This document shows positions 1-10,200 of a stretch of 64,000 bases of DNA, piece by piece. Every line of letters begins with the position of its first letter. Within the stretch, counting starts at the first letter, position 1. The DNA comes from Diplonema japonicum (lineage: Eukaryota > Protista > Euglenozoa: Diplonemea): the NCBI GenBank assembly GCA_964019335.1, contig OZ025657.1, positions 744,001 through 808,000 of the forward strand, read 5' to 3'. The notes beneath the pieces were generated by a model. That model ran no database searches. It was not told the origin of the DNA and worked only from the letters and a program-made list of their open reading frames with translations. A program made the translations under genes and the position numbers.

Positions 1-596
1 CGAAGATGCCGGAAGGGGCGTGGGAGAAAGTGAAGTTCATCACACTGTTCCCGATAAACGTGCTATTGTGGCTGACGGTGCCCAACTGCGCGATAGAAGA
101 GAAGAAGCGATACTTCGTTGTGGCGTTCCTGCTGTCGATCCTGTGGATCGCCGTGTACTCCTACTTCATGGTGTGGTGGGCAGAGGTCCTGGGTCGGGCA
201 CTAGAGATCCCCATTGAAGTGATGGGCTACACACTGCTAGCAGCAGGTACAAGTGTACCGGACTTGATAACAAGTGTCCTTGTGGCACGGCTGGGGCGTG
301 GCGACATGGCAGTCTCTTCATCCATAGGGTCCAACATCTTTGACATCACACTGGGCCTCCCTCTGCCTTGGTTCTTGCGGAGTATAACGTCTTCAGGAAG
401 CCCAGTTCACGTTGAGTCCACGTCCTTGGGCCCCTCTGTGGGTATGCTCATATTGATGCTTATTAGCGTGATTGCCTCTATTGCTGTATTTGGGTGGCGG
501 CTTGATAAAAGGCTGGGTATCATTTGCTTTGGGCTGTATGTGGTGTTCGTGACCCTCTCGCTGCTCTTGGAATATGAAGTTATTACTGTGTTTTAG
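1..596 (+). CDS. K+-dependent Na+/Ca2+ exchanger (NCKX/SLC24 family), C-terminal TM bundle; 5'-truncated by window edge
   Basis: Alpha-2 repeat motif [44 protein letters not shown] typical of SLC24/NCKX; several hydrophobic helices; the frame is open to the window start. Confidence 0.93.
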   Translation, partial: KMPEGAWEKVKFITLFPINVLLWLTVPNCAIEEKKRYFVVAFLLSILWIAVYSYFMVWWAEVLGRALEIPIEVMGYTLLAAGTSVPDLITSVLVARLGRGDMAVSSSIGSNIFDITLGLPLPWFLRSITSSGSPVHVESTSLGPSVGMLILMLISVIASIAVFGWRLDKRLGIICFGLYVVFVTLSLLLEYEVITVF

Positions 597-925
597 CAGT
601 GCAAACAGAACACGAGAAAGAAAGAGAAAAAAAAGAGAAAAAAAAGAAGAAGAAGAAGAAGAAAAAGGTGGTGCGTCGTGCCTTCATTTCCCCTTAGCTG
701 GGTGTCCCTCTCCTTTTGATACCGCCTTTTTCAAAAGAATGGAAGAAGAAGAAGAAAAAAAAAATATACAAAAGTTAAAAAAAAAGAAGAAACAGATAAC
801 AACCTTTTTTTTTTCTTTTTTTTTTAAATCAAAGGTGAAGAGAAACAAAAAAAATGGCCTTTTGTATTTGATGTGCAAAAAGCTATCATCACGGTCCTTT
901 TTTTTTTTAATTTACTATTATTGAT

Positions 926-978
926 CATAGTATCGGGGGTTAACCCGCGTGGGTGATCGGTTAACCCTGGATGCTATG
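926..978. repeat. Short inverted-repeat (hairpin/MITE-like) element, copy 1
   Basis: 926-945 CATAGTATCGGGGGTTAACC vs reverse complement of 959-978 CATAGCATCCAGGGTTAACC: 17/20 identical, 13-nt loop; same termini as the element at 57027-57092. Confidence 0.7.
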
Positions 979-1449
979 TATTATTATTATTATGGTTTGT
1001 TGTCACCGAAGAATCATCTTTTGAAAGGGTTTTCGGCTTCAGTCAAGGTGGTGGGAAAAAATGGCATGGAGTGGGGTGGTGGCAAAAAAAAAAAAAGAAA
1101 AAGCCATCTAGGTGAGTTTTTTTATTCTTTCTTTTCTCCTTTGTTGATGTAGTTCCCCCTGCCCTCCCCGCCCCCTTCGTTAATTCGGCCATTCTTCTCA
1201 TTAACCCTTGCCAACCTTTACTTGATATCACTTTAAAGCCTATTCTTTTTTTTTCTTTTTTTTTCCCCTGCTAGACCATCTCTCCTTTTTTTTTTGTTTT
1301 TGTTTTTTTACCTAGTCAGCGGGGTTTTTTCAAATAGAAAACTGTGTTTTTAGCACACTGAGTTATTTAGTTTCTTTTTTTTCTTCTTCTTTATTTTACC
1401 TCCTTTCCCCCTTATTTATTTGTCTGCCGCAGTTGGCACTCTTTAGCAA

Positions 1450-1483
<34 letters not shown>

Positions 1484-3040
1484 GGCACGGAAGAAGCGAC
1501 GCCCCTTCCCAGCGGACGAGAGAAAAAGAGTGAAGTCCCTCATCGCCATTGGAGGAAAGGCAGCTATTGGTTTCTCCAGGAGGCCTATTTTCGCCACCCG
1601 CTCCACGCACGACAAGCTAATGGAATTGAAAGCCGACTACAAGCGGGACCGCATCACACGACTCCGCAAGACGCTCACGGCCTCAATCGGAATGAAAGCA
1701 ATGCTCCAGAAGGGGAGTATTAACAGATAGACCCCCCCTCCCATAGGGCGGCCCTCTAGCGGGGGGCTTGTCCTGTACTTTGAGTTTTTTTTTCTTTTTT
1801 TTTTTTTTTTTTCAGGTGGTGGGGATAACATGAAAATATAAGAAAAACATCAGATGTGTTGTTCGCTGTTGACCTCCTCGTCGGTCATCACCGGTAGCAC
1901 CCGAGTGGAAGAACGTAACGCAGATGCTCAGGGTGACGAACAGGCAGCAAACTGCACGAGCGCAGAATCTTGGTTACCCGGGACGCCCCGGCTGGGGTTG
2001 AGCTATACACCGCACGCATTAAGGACACGACGCGGAACGCAGAAGAAGCTACAACTCGGCCGCGGTGCGCCCCCTGTAATCAAGTAGACAGTTCTTGTGC
2101 AGGGCGCCGCCAACACCGGCCTCCTTTAACTCATATATTTTTTTTGCGTGGAAAGGGGAAAAAAAGAGTCGGTTGATTGTTGTTTGTGCACAGCCGGGGT
2201 TAACCTGTAGAAGGATAAGCCCAACATGCTACCACTACTCTTTTTAGCACTAGCAATTCATTATCAATATATTGTTTTTCTTGTTCATGCATTTAAAAAA
2301 AAAAAAAAAAAAGATGCCCCCCACCCTACCGCGAGGAAACAGGGACCAGGCACGCCACGTCTGAGAGGTGACGCCACACATGTTGGAAGCTCACTCCAAT
2401 GTGCCGTTAGGCGACAAACCCCCCCACCCCATGTACTTTAGGGAAAAGTTGGAGCCGACTGTGGTGGTTGGGCTGAGCGCCGTTTTTTGACTTGACTGTG
2501 TCACTTCGACGTTGAAAGATCGAGTTTTGTTTTTTGTTTTTTGTTTTAAAACGATGTGTCACCCTGTTAGTAATTGTGAAAAAGACACTTTGCCACTCCC
2601 CCCCTTGAGTTGGGACAATGTTTTAAACCCTTACCTCTGTGATGCCGTTGCACTGTGGTTAGGCCGTGGTATTTAATCCATGCCCGTGTCACGTGGTGAC
2701 TGATTGCATCTACAAAGGAAAGCTTGCGATAAAAAAATAATAATAATAAAAAGGTGGCCTCGACCCAGGAGGGTTCGAAAGGCACCATATACCACACAGA
2801 CACTATCCGATGGGTGGGGAAAGAAGTGAATCCAAAAAAAAAAAGGAAATCTATGAAGAATAAATAAACAACTAAAACAAAAAAAAAAACTACACTTTTT
2901 TAACTTGTTGAAAAAGACACATTATAGAATACAAAGGGGGGGGGGGGGGGGGGAACGCGGCCCCAAGAAGAAATAAAGAAAAGAAGAAAAAAAACAAAGG
3001 TAAAGGGCGCCAGTCTTGAAGAAGAAAAAAAAAGGGGCTC

Positions 3041-3123
3041 AGTTGTCTTTTTCTTTCTCTTCTTCTTCTTTCCGTTGCTATTTCATTCCAATGCAACTTG
3101 TATCCTTTCACGACCGACCACAG
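3041..3123 (+). promoter_or_regulatory. Polypyrimidine tract plus putative spliced-leader trans-splice acceptor (AG 3122-3123)
   Basis: Long T/C tract, then ...CGACCACAG|AAGGCAATG with the ATG at 3130. Confidence 0.5.
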
Positions 3124-3129
3124 AAGGCA

Positions 3130-4341
3130 ATGCCTGGGAGCTTCGGCGATGGTATCGTGCCTTACAAGCGTGTGAGGACCGATGGCACTGTTAGCCTATG
3201 TGGGTTGTTCTTTACAGGCAATGCTGCTAAGGAGGGAGGCATCAACGGTGCTGTCAAGAAGCAGGTCGCAGAGAGCACGGGGGCTGCAAAGGCACAAGGG
3301 GGGTGGCCCGCACACTGCGGCGATGATGTCATTGAAACCGTTCGGAGCCTGACCAAAACGGCAGTGAAGCAATGTGAAAAAATGGACGGGATGGAGCTCA
3401 TCACCAGCAGCCTGAACCAGCTGCTCACCGAATACAACGGTGCTGTGGAGCAGGCAAGGCACTACTACACCCTCTGCAGTGCCGAGTCTGCAGAGGTAAA
3501 GCGGTATCAAAACGAGGCAGCGCTTGTCCCCACGATGATGCGGAAGCTATTCAACCAGGCAGATGCAGAGAAGAGCGAGTTGCGGAAGAGGATGAAGGAG
3601 TTGGAGGAAGCACTCGAACAACGAGAATGCGAAGCCCTCCCTCCCACACCATCGCCCACCAACAAGAAAGTGCACACCGCGCAAGGTTCATTGAGGGGGA
3701 CGGGTATCACTGAGGCCGCGGAACCCGAGAGCCCTACACGTCCTTCCAATGCGCCTTGCAGGCCTCAGTCGCCGCCTGGGTCACCACCCTTGCCATCGAG
3801 GCAGAGGCCACACTCCACCATCGGGTGGATACGAGGCTCTCGTCAAACACCTGTGACACTCCCCAAACGGCCATATTCGTCGATGGACGCACGTTATGCA
3901 CACAGTAGTATACCTGCAGACTACAATCTAGCACCCCAGAAACCTTACACAGCGCGCATCACGCGTGCTTTCACATCCTCTGCCGACATCCGCAGGGTGT
4001 TCGACGAGCTCGACACCACCCGTTCGGGCTGCCTCTCTCATGACGTTGTGAGGTCGTTCTACAAGAGCATAGACGACTTCGGTGTTCCTAAAAGTGAAGC
4101 ACAGGTACCACTACACTACACTACACTACACTACACTACACTACACTACACTACACTACACTACACTACACTACACTACACTACACTACACTACACTACA
4201 CTACAGATCACCGACCTTTTGTACAGGTGTTCCATCAGAGGTGCGCATGATACGAAGATGACCTTCCCAGGTATCAGTAAACACAGGGTGGGAAACCATA
4301 CAGAATTCGAACTCCTCTGCCTTGGTGTGACGAGGAGGTGA
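3130..4341 (+). CDS. Coiled-coil / Pro-rich protein with C-terminal EF-hand pair; exons 3130-4104, 4207-4270, 4304-4341 (~358 aa)
   Basis: EF loop VFDELDTTRSGCLSHD; removing two GT-AG introns restores a second helix-loop-helix (ITDLLYRCSIRGAHDTKMTFPEFELL) and deletes the artefactual HYTTL repeats; an alternative start at ATG 3091 is possible. Confidence 0.75.
   Translation: MPGSFGDGIVPYKRVRTDGTVSLCGLFFTGNAAKEGGINGAVKKQVAESTGAAKAQGGWPAHCGDDVIETVRSLTKTAVKQCEKMDGMELITSSLNQLLTEYNGAVEQARHYYTLCSAESAEVKRYQNEAALVPTMMRKLFNQADAEKSELRKRMKELEEALEQRECEALPPTPSPTNKKVHTAQGSLRGTGITEAAEPESPTRPSNAPCRPQSPPGSPPLPSRQRPHSTIGWIRGSRQTPVTLPKRPYSSMDARYAHSSIPADYNLAPQKPYTARITRAFTSSADIRRVFDELDTTRSGCLSHDVVRSFYKSIDDFGVPKSEAQVPLHYTTLHYTTLHYTTLHYTTLHYTTLHYTTLQITDLLYRCSIRGAHDTKMTFPGISKHRVGNHTEFELLCLGVTRR
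4105..4206 (+). repeat. Intron composed of a (CTACA)19 pentanucleotide microsatellite
   Basis: CAG|GTACCA(CTACA)19G|ATC; 102 nt, phase 0, in frame, no stop codon. Confidence 0.88.
4271..4303 (+). other. 33-nt spliceosomal intron
   Basis: CAG|GTATCAG...CCATACAG|AATTC; removal restores the EF-hand 'TFPEF' motif. Confidence 0.75.
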
Positions 4342-4667
4342 TCAACCCTGTCCCCAGCTCACAGTATCAGTTGCGTGTTGGCTTGCCCTTGGGTGTGTAC
4401 ATAGTAGCGAGTACAGTGGGCATCGCTTTTTGGCATGCGGAGTATCACTTAGTTATCAGTGCAGGGGCGTTGTGCCCTGCGAAGGGACATCTCTGGCAAA
4501 GATTGTCAAAGCAAATGTGTGAAAAGGTGTAGGTGACTACTCCCTCGCCTTTGGCTTAAGAGATGGCACCCACGGTATAGTCAGTTGTACGTCTTTCCTG
4601 TTTCAATATGTTTAGTCTTGGGAAGCTTTGCACCTTATCTCACCACCCGCTTAGCACGACATAAAAA

Positions 4668-6849
4668 ATGGTGTTCACAGTTCTTGCTGCAGCCGACATT
4701 TTTTCCACTAAGCTCAACTATGAATTTGATTTTCCTGTCCAACCGACACTTGCGGAGTTCCAGTCTAGAGTGGACTCCGTGTTCGGCATGGAAGCGGTCA
4801 TCAGGAAACCCGCAAACGTGCCAAGCGCCGCGTTCCTCATTCATAGAATGCAAATATTTGACGACAAAACAGACAGGTGGAACGATCTTGTGAGTGGTAC
4901 GCAGCTGCTGGACTACTGCCAAGTGTACATCTTCCAGAAGGAGACAGCTTGGCACAAAGAAGTGCAGAGCAAGATCCCACCAGCAGTGAAGGCACCCTCC
5001 GTCCCGCAGGTAAGCCTTGCCGTTCCTGTTGCAGCAGCACCTCCCCCTGCCACCTTCCCACCTCTGCCTGCTGTCATTTCTGCTCAACCTTTGCCAGCGA
5101 CTGCGACATACACCTCATTGAGTGCCGGCTCCTTGGGGGCAGGCACTTCCCTTGGTGCTGCTGGTACATCTGGTTTCCTACCTTCAGCAGCATTGCACGC
5201 TCTTCCTGCCGCTGCCCCTGTTCCTGCTTCAGTGGCGTCAGCAACAGTGGCTGCTGCGGCATTGAACCCAGTACCTGTTGCATCGGCACTTGCTCCTTCA
5301 CTCGCATCTCTTGCGGCTCCCGCGCCGGTTCTCGAGAACTTGGTCCCTCAAGTCGTGCACTCGCTACCCATGCCTGAGGCCATGCCCGAGGAGTGTACCT
5401 TTGACAGCAAAGTGCGTGCGACCTTCGATGCCTTTGGCCACGTTATCGATTATGAGGCGTTCGCCACCACTTTGGCTAAAGTGAGGGTAGACTTGCTTGA
5501 CGAAACTGTGCGCGACATCTTCTCGAAAGCCGATGCCGATATGAATGGACTATTATCCTTCGGCGAGTACCAGAGGTTCGCAGAGGGTTATCCCACGCTC
5601 TTGGATTCCTTGTTCTACCGCATCAACGACCATACCATTGACATCCAGCAGCAGGATTCCGTGGCTGCCGCAAAGCGCATGGTCAGCACGCTGCGCGAGA
5701 GGGAGTCTGATGCACGCGTTGCTGCGGTGCAGTGCCAACGCGAAGCCGAAGAGCAAGTGCACAGGCTTCGCCAGCAAGAAGCGGAAGTCCTTGCTTGTGA
5801 GGCAAGAGAGGCTGATGGGAAGGCTGTCTTGGAGGCCTCTGTGCATGAAGTTGAACGGGCACAGACGGATGTGGCCACAGGAAGACATGAGGTGGTGAAA
5901 GCCAAAGAGAACGAACAACTCAAGCAGGTATACATACCTAGACTAAGTTACAACATCCCAGATGGCGCACCTGGACACTCAGAGGAACGTGGAGCTGGCA
6001 AGCAACAAGCTTCGCACACTTGAGAACGACACGCTACGGGCAGAGGAAAGGAAATGCGAGGTATGTTCACAAAGCGGGAAACAGTAACAACAATAACAAC
6101 AACAGATCGAAAGGCTGTTGCTAGAGCAACAGAAAGAAGTCGACAGGCACAGAGATCTTAGTTTGCAAGCCAGAACTGAGCTGGTGGCAAGACAGACTGC
6201 TGAACAGCAGGCAGCTGACGCAGTGCGAAATGCTGAGATGGGATCCAAGCTAGCAACAGAGACGTTGCAGCAGCTCGAAAGCGGTCTGTCAACTGCGCAG
6301 GCTCGCGAGAGGGACTGTAGTCAGCTGCTGATTGCAGTTCGCGAAGAACTGGCCAGAAACATGGTGGCCAGGGACAACGAAGAACTTGAGCTGCAGGCAT
6401 GCAAGGAGAGAGAGGCTGTCAAGGTTGCCCTCGAGGGAGAAGCTTCACGGGCATGCGACGCTCAACATGAGCACGCGCAAATGCTCGAAAAAGAGAACCT
6501 AGAACACAATGTACGAAGGAGGCAGACTGAAGAGAAGGAAAGACCATTGCTTGAACAGGAGGTCAGATTAAGGCTGCAGAGGCAGAACCTTGAAGCGGAG
6601 GAGGCACGTCTTCGCGATGACCATAGATCCTTTCACTCAACCATGGGCAGGGCAGGCCCTCCTGCACCCACTGCTTCAGGCCTTAGCTATGCCGTAGCCC
6701 CCTCGCTTCGCACTGAACACGTTTCCCCAATCCGTGAACGTTCGCACATGACACCAATGGTCCCCGCCTCACTGGCAGGTAGCCCTGCCAGGAGAGGCCT
6801 CTCACCCCACATCAGGAGAGCGTCGCCTCCTACCTCTCCACGTGTTTAG
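4668..6849 (+). CDS. BILBO1: BILBO1-like flagellar pocket collar protein; exons 4668-5927, 5962-6060, 6106-6849 (~700 aa)
   Basis: N-terminus MVFTVLAAADIFSTKLNYEFDFP...WNDL...QLLDYCQVYIFQ...WHKEVQSKIPPA matches the Trypanosoma BILBO1 ubiquitin-like NTD as I recall it (F12, K15, W71, Y87, F89 at the same positions); EF loop DADMNGLLSFGE; long coiled coil ending LLEQEVRLRLQRQNLEAEEARLR. Introns 5928-5961 and 6061-6105 join the listed ORFs 4668..6023 and 6118..6849. Confidence 0.88.
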
Positions 6850-7222
6850 ACTTCACGAACGTATCCTGTCACAATGGCAGCTCAGCACAGATGCCAAACT
6901 CTGTACTACTTGTAAATATACATGCCTCAGATTTTCTAAAAGTGCCCCACTAGGTGGGGCCAAAACTCGAAACCGATCAGGTGTTGAATGCTTCAATGCA
7001 TTTTTGAATGTAATGCCTTAACCGGCCTTCCCAGGTTATCCTCCCCAGTGAAACACTTTAGAAATTTGAGACGTTAGTTTGTGCTGCTAAATGTTTGTAC
7101 CAATAGCAAACGAGCCTTTAGAACTGTTGTAACATTCCTCCCCCCGAGCTTTTGTTTTTCTTTGTAAGAATATGGCGACACCATACCTGTTCCATTGCCA
7201 CACAGGACTAAAATGAAGGTGA

Positions 7223-10200
7223 ATGGCTGACAGGAGTACACCACCGTTATTAAGTCGAAAGGACGACACGAGCACGCCTAGGCAATGTAGCAGAGGTCAT
7301 AACTTGAGTGTTATTGATAATAAACAGCGAACGCGGTGCACCTGTTGCATAAACACCTTCAAAAGCTCCTTCGGGTACTGCCATGCATGCGACTACGTTG
7401 CCTGTCCTGCCTGCATGGGTGTTGACCTGCTCAGCATCCCTTCGCCAACTTCTACCCATATGTCACCACGGGGTCTCACAAGCAAGAAGAGCTCATCTTC
7501 CTCTAGTGTGTCCTCTAGGTTCACATCTCCTAAAACAGCCTCTCCTAAGCATGTCTCCCCTGCACCAGTGCCACCCAGACTCCAGGCGCTGCACGGTTTC
7601 TCCCCCGTGGGTACTCCAGTTTTTTCTGATCCGGGAAACCCTGAAGTCTCATTGACCGTTGCACAACTGCAGCGATCTAACAGCAGGGAATCTCCTGATG
7701 AGAAACACCCGCAACCAGTATCATCTCCCTCTTCCTCGTCGCTTTCTCAGCCTAACCCGTCCGTAGCTTGCCAGACATCTGCCGCTTCTGCTGCGTTGAA
7801 TAAAACACCTCAACACCCTCAGCCCCTGTTGCCTGCTGCCCTCTCCACCACCATGAACCCTTACGGCCTGCCCCCTCCACCTGACAGACAAGCTCTCCAG
7901 CACTTGAATCCCCCACCAGTCCCTTCTTACGCCCCGCCGCAGTTTGCCGGAGCTAATCCAACAAAGGCTCCTGTCGCAGGCAAAATAGAGAGTTCAACCT
8001 CTAGCTCCAGTAGCGAGAGCGTTGAGCAAATAATAGATCCTAAAACAAAGAGTAAAGAAACTCCGAGAGGAAAAGATCCATCGCAGCAGGCACATCATAT
8101 AGCCGGGGGCAGCGTGCCACATCATCTGCAAGGTCTGCAAGTGAAGGTTTCATCAACACCAGGAACGCAACCCATTCACAGAGAGAGAGAGAAGAAAAAG
8201 GCTTCAGTTCGTGACTCGGATAGCTCTGATAGCTCAAGCAGCTCCAGTGAAAAACAACATTCTCAGTCCGGTGCAGTCAGCACGGGTGTAAAACAGGAAG
8301 AGAAAAGCCCCAGTCGATCCACAGCCCCGAAACAAGTTAATGAGGACGCACCCCAGCAGCAAGTATCTGGTGCTTTACTGCCATACCACTTGCAGGACTT
8401 GCTTGGAGCCACTTCTGTCCCGCCAGAGAAAAAAAGTGGCTCAAGCACCTCTGACTCAAGCTGTTCCGGTAACGAAAAAGACAAGCCGAAGAAGCAGTCA
8501 GGTCAGCATGAGACACGTCCGGATTGTGGCGAACAAGGAAAAGGGAAGCCCGGTGCAGACATGGATCCAAAGCATTCTGGTTCCAAGGTACCGCAGCCTT
8601 CTGGTGAAGAGCACGAAAGTAAGAGAGAACAGGAGGCCCAAGACACTTCCTCCGACAACTCTGATTCAAGCAGTTCGGGAAGCGACAGGGAGTGGTTGTG
8701 GCGGCAGCCCCATGAAACACCTGACAAGCAGAAAGAGAAGCCAAGCGGGCCCATGCAGCCCCTGTCTGGTCCTTCAGTGCCCCACCACCTGCAAGGCTTG
8801 CAGCGCGCTGTCTTATCGCGACCTGCAAGTGAAGAGGAGGAAGAGGAGGAAGGGGAAGACACATCGTCAAGCAGCAGTAACAGCGAGAGGGAAGTCAGAC
8901 AAAGGCGGCGGTCTAAAAAAAAGAAGGAAGCAAGGAAGTCGTCAAAGAAGCACGATTCTAGCAACCCCGACTCAAGCAGCTCTGGCAATAGCAAAAGGCG
9001 AGAACGGCATACCCGTCACCTTCTCAAGGCGCGTAAGCAGTCATCGAGTGACACCGAATCGAGCAATCAAAAGAAAAAAGAAAAAGCGAATCCAAGACGT
9101 AAAACAGACACCTCCAGTGAAGAGGTAAGGCGTGAATCTAACCAGGATGAGACCTCTGACAGACAGTCCAAGCACAGCAGCTCTTCGGGTTCTTCTAATG
9201 CACAAACGAGGGAAAAGGACTATAAAAGAAACAAGAGTAGCTCAAGTTCGAACACTGACTCAAGCAACTCCAACAGAAAGCAACAGCCTTCTCAGCACGC
9301 AGCAGTTAGTACAGGTGGGAAGCAGAAAAGGGAACACCCAACACCGAAACTAGTTAATGAGGACGCACCCCAGCAGCAAGTATCTGGTGCTTTACTGCCA
9401 CACCACTTGCAGGACTTGCTTGGAGCTACTTCTGCCCCGCCAGAAAAAAAAAAGAAAAAGCAGAAGAAGGAGAAGAGAATGACAGTTGCCTCGAGCAATT
9501 CCGGTGTACATGCAGACAGTGGTGAACACGGAAAAGGGAAGTCCCGTGCAGACATGCAGGTATCGCAGCCTTCTGGTGAAGAACACGAAAGTAAGAGAGA
9601 ACAGGGGTTGTGGCGGCAGCAGCATGAAACACCTGACACAGGTCGCAAGCAGAAGGAGAGGCCAAGCGGGCCCATGCGGCCCCTGTCTGGTCCTTCAGTG
9701 CCCCACCACCTGCAAGGCTTGCAGCGCGCTGTCTTATCGCGACCTGCAAGTGAAGCGAAGGAAGAGGAAGGGGAAGACACATCGTCAAGCAGCAGTAACA
9801 GCGAGAGGGAAGTCAGACAAAGGCGGCGGTCTAAAGAAGAGCACACTTCTGGCAACGCCAGTGCACATCCGGACAGCGGTGAACACGGAAAAGGGAAGCC
9901 CGGTGCAGACATGGATCCAAAGCATTCTGGTTCCAAGGTACCGCAGCCTTCTGGTGAAGAGCACGAAAGTAAGAGAGAACAGGAGGCCCAAGACACTTCC
10001 TCCGACAACTCTGATTCAAGCAGTTCGGGAAGCGACAGGGAGTGGTTGTGGCGGCAGCCCCATGAAACACCTGACAAGCAGAAAGAGAAGCCAAGCGGGC
10101 CCATGCAGCCCCTGTCTGGTCCTTCAGTGCCCCACCACCTGCAAGGCTTGCAGCGCGCTGTCTTATCGCGACCTGCAAGTGAAGCGAAGGAAGGGGAGGA

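Noticed and set aside
937-967. Interstitial telomere fusion (GGGTTA/TAACCC)
   Set aside because: Only single units, and they are explained as part of the hairpin arms
574-1480. Short ORFs rich in K/F/E after the exchanger
   Set aside because: Translations of A/T homopolymer-rich UTR and intergenic DNA
3016-3129. N-terminal extension of the listed ORF 3016..4341
   Set aside because: Non-ATG start; translates poly-A and polypyrimidine tract upstream of the likely acceptor AG
4105-4206. HYTTL pentapeptide repeat as a protein feature
   Set aside because: Bounded by CAG|GT and CAG| and interrupts an EF-hand pair; better explained as an in-frame microsatellite intron
5010-5037. Canonical-looking intron CAG|GTAAGC...TTGCAG in the BILBO1-like gene
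   Set aside because: Removing 25 or 28 nt would frameshift an intact ORF, and it lacks the GTAT donor and A/C-rich style of the other introns
6944-6960. GCCCCAC-TAG-GTGGGGC hairpin (similar 7-bp stem at 54079-54099) as terminator
   Set aside because: 7-bp stems arise by chance in 64 kb, and bacterial-type terminators are not expected in this eukaryotic context
8336-10184. CRISPR array or mobile element suggested by direct repeats
   Set aside because: Repeats are long, irregular, in frame and protein-coding; no repeat-spacer periodicity, cas genes or transposase
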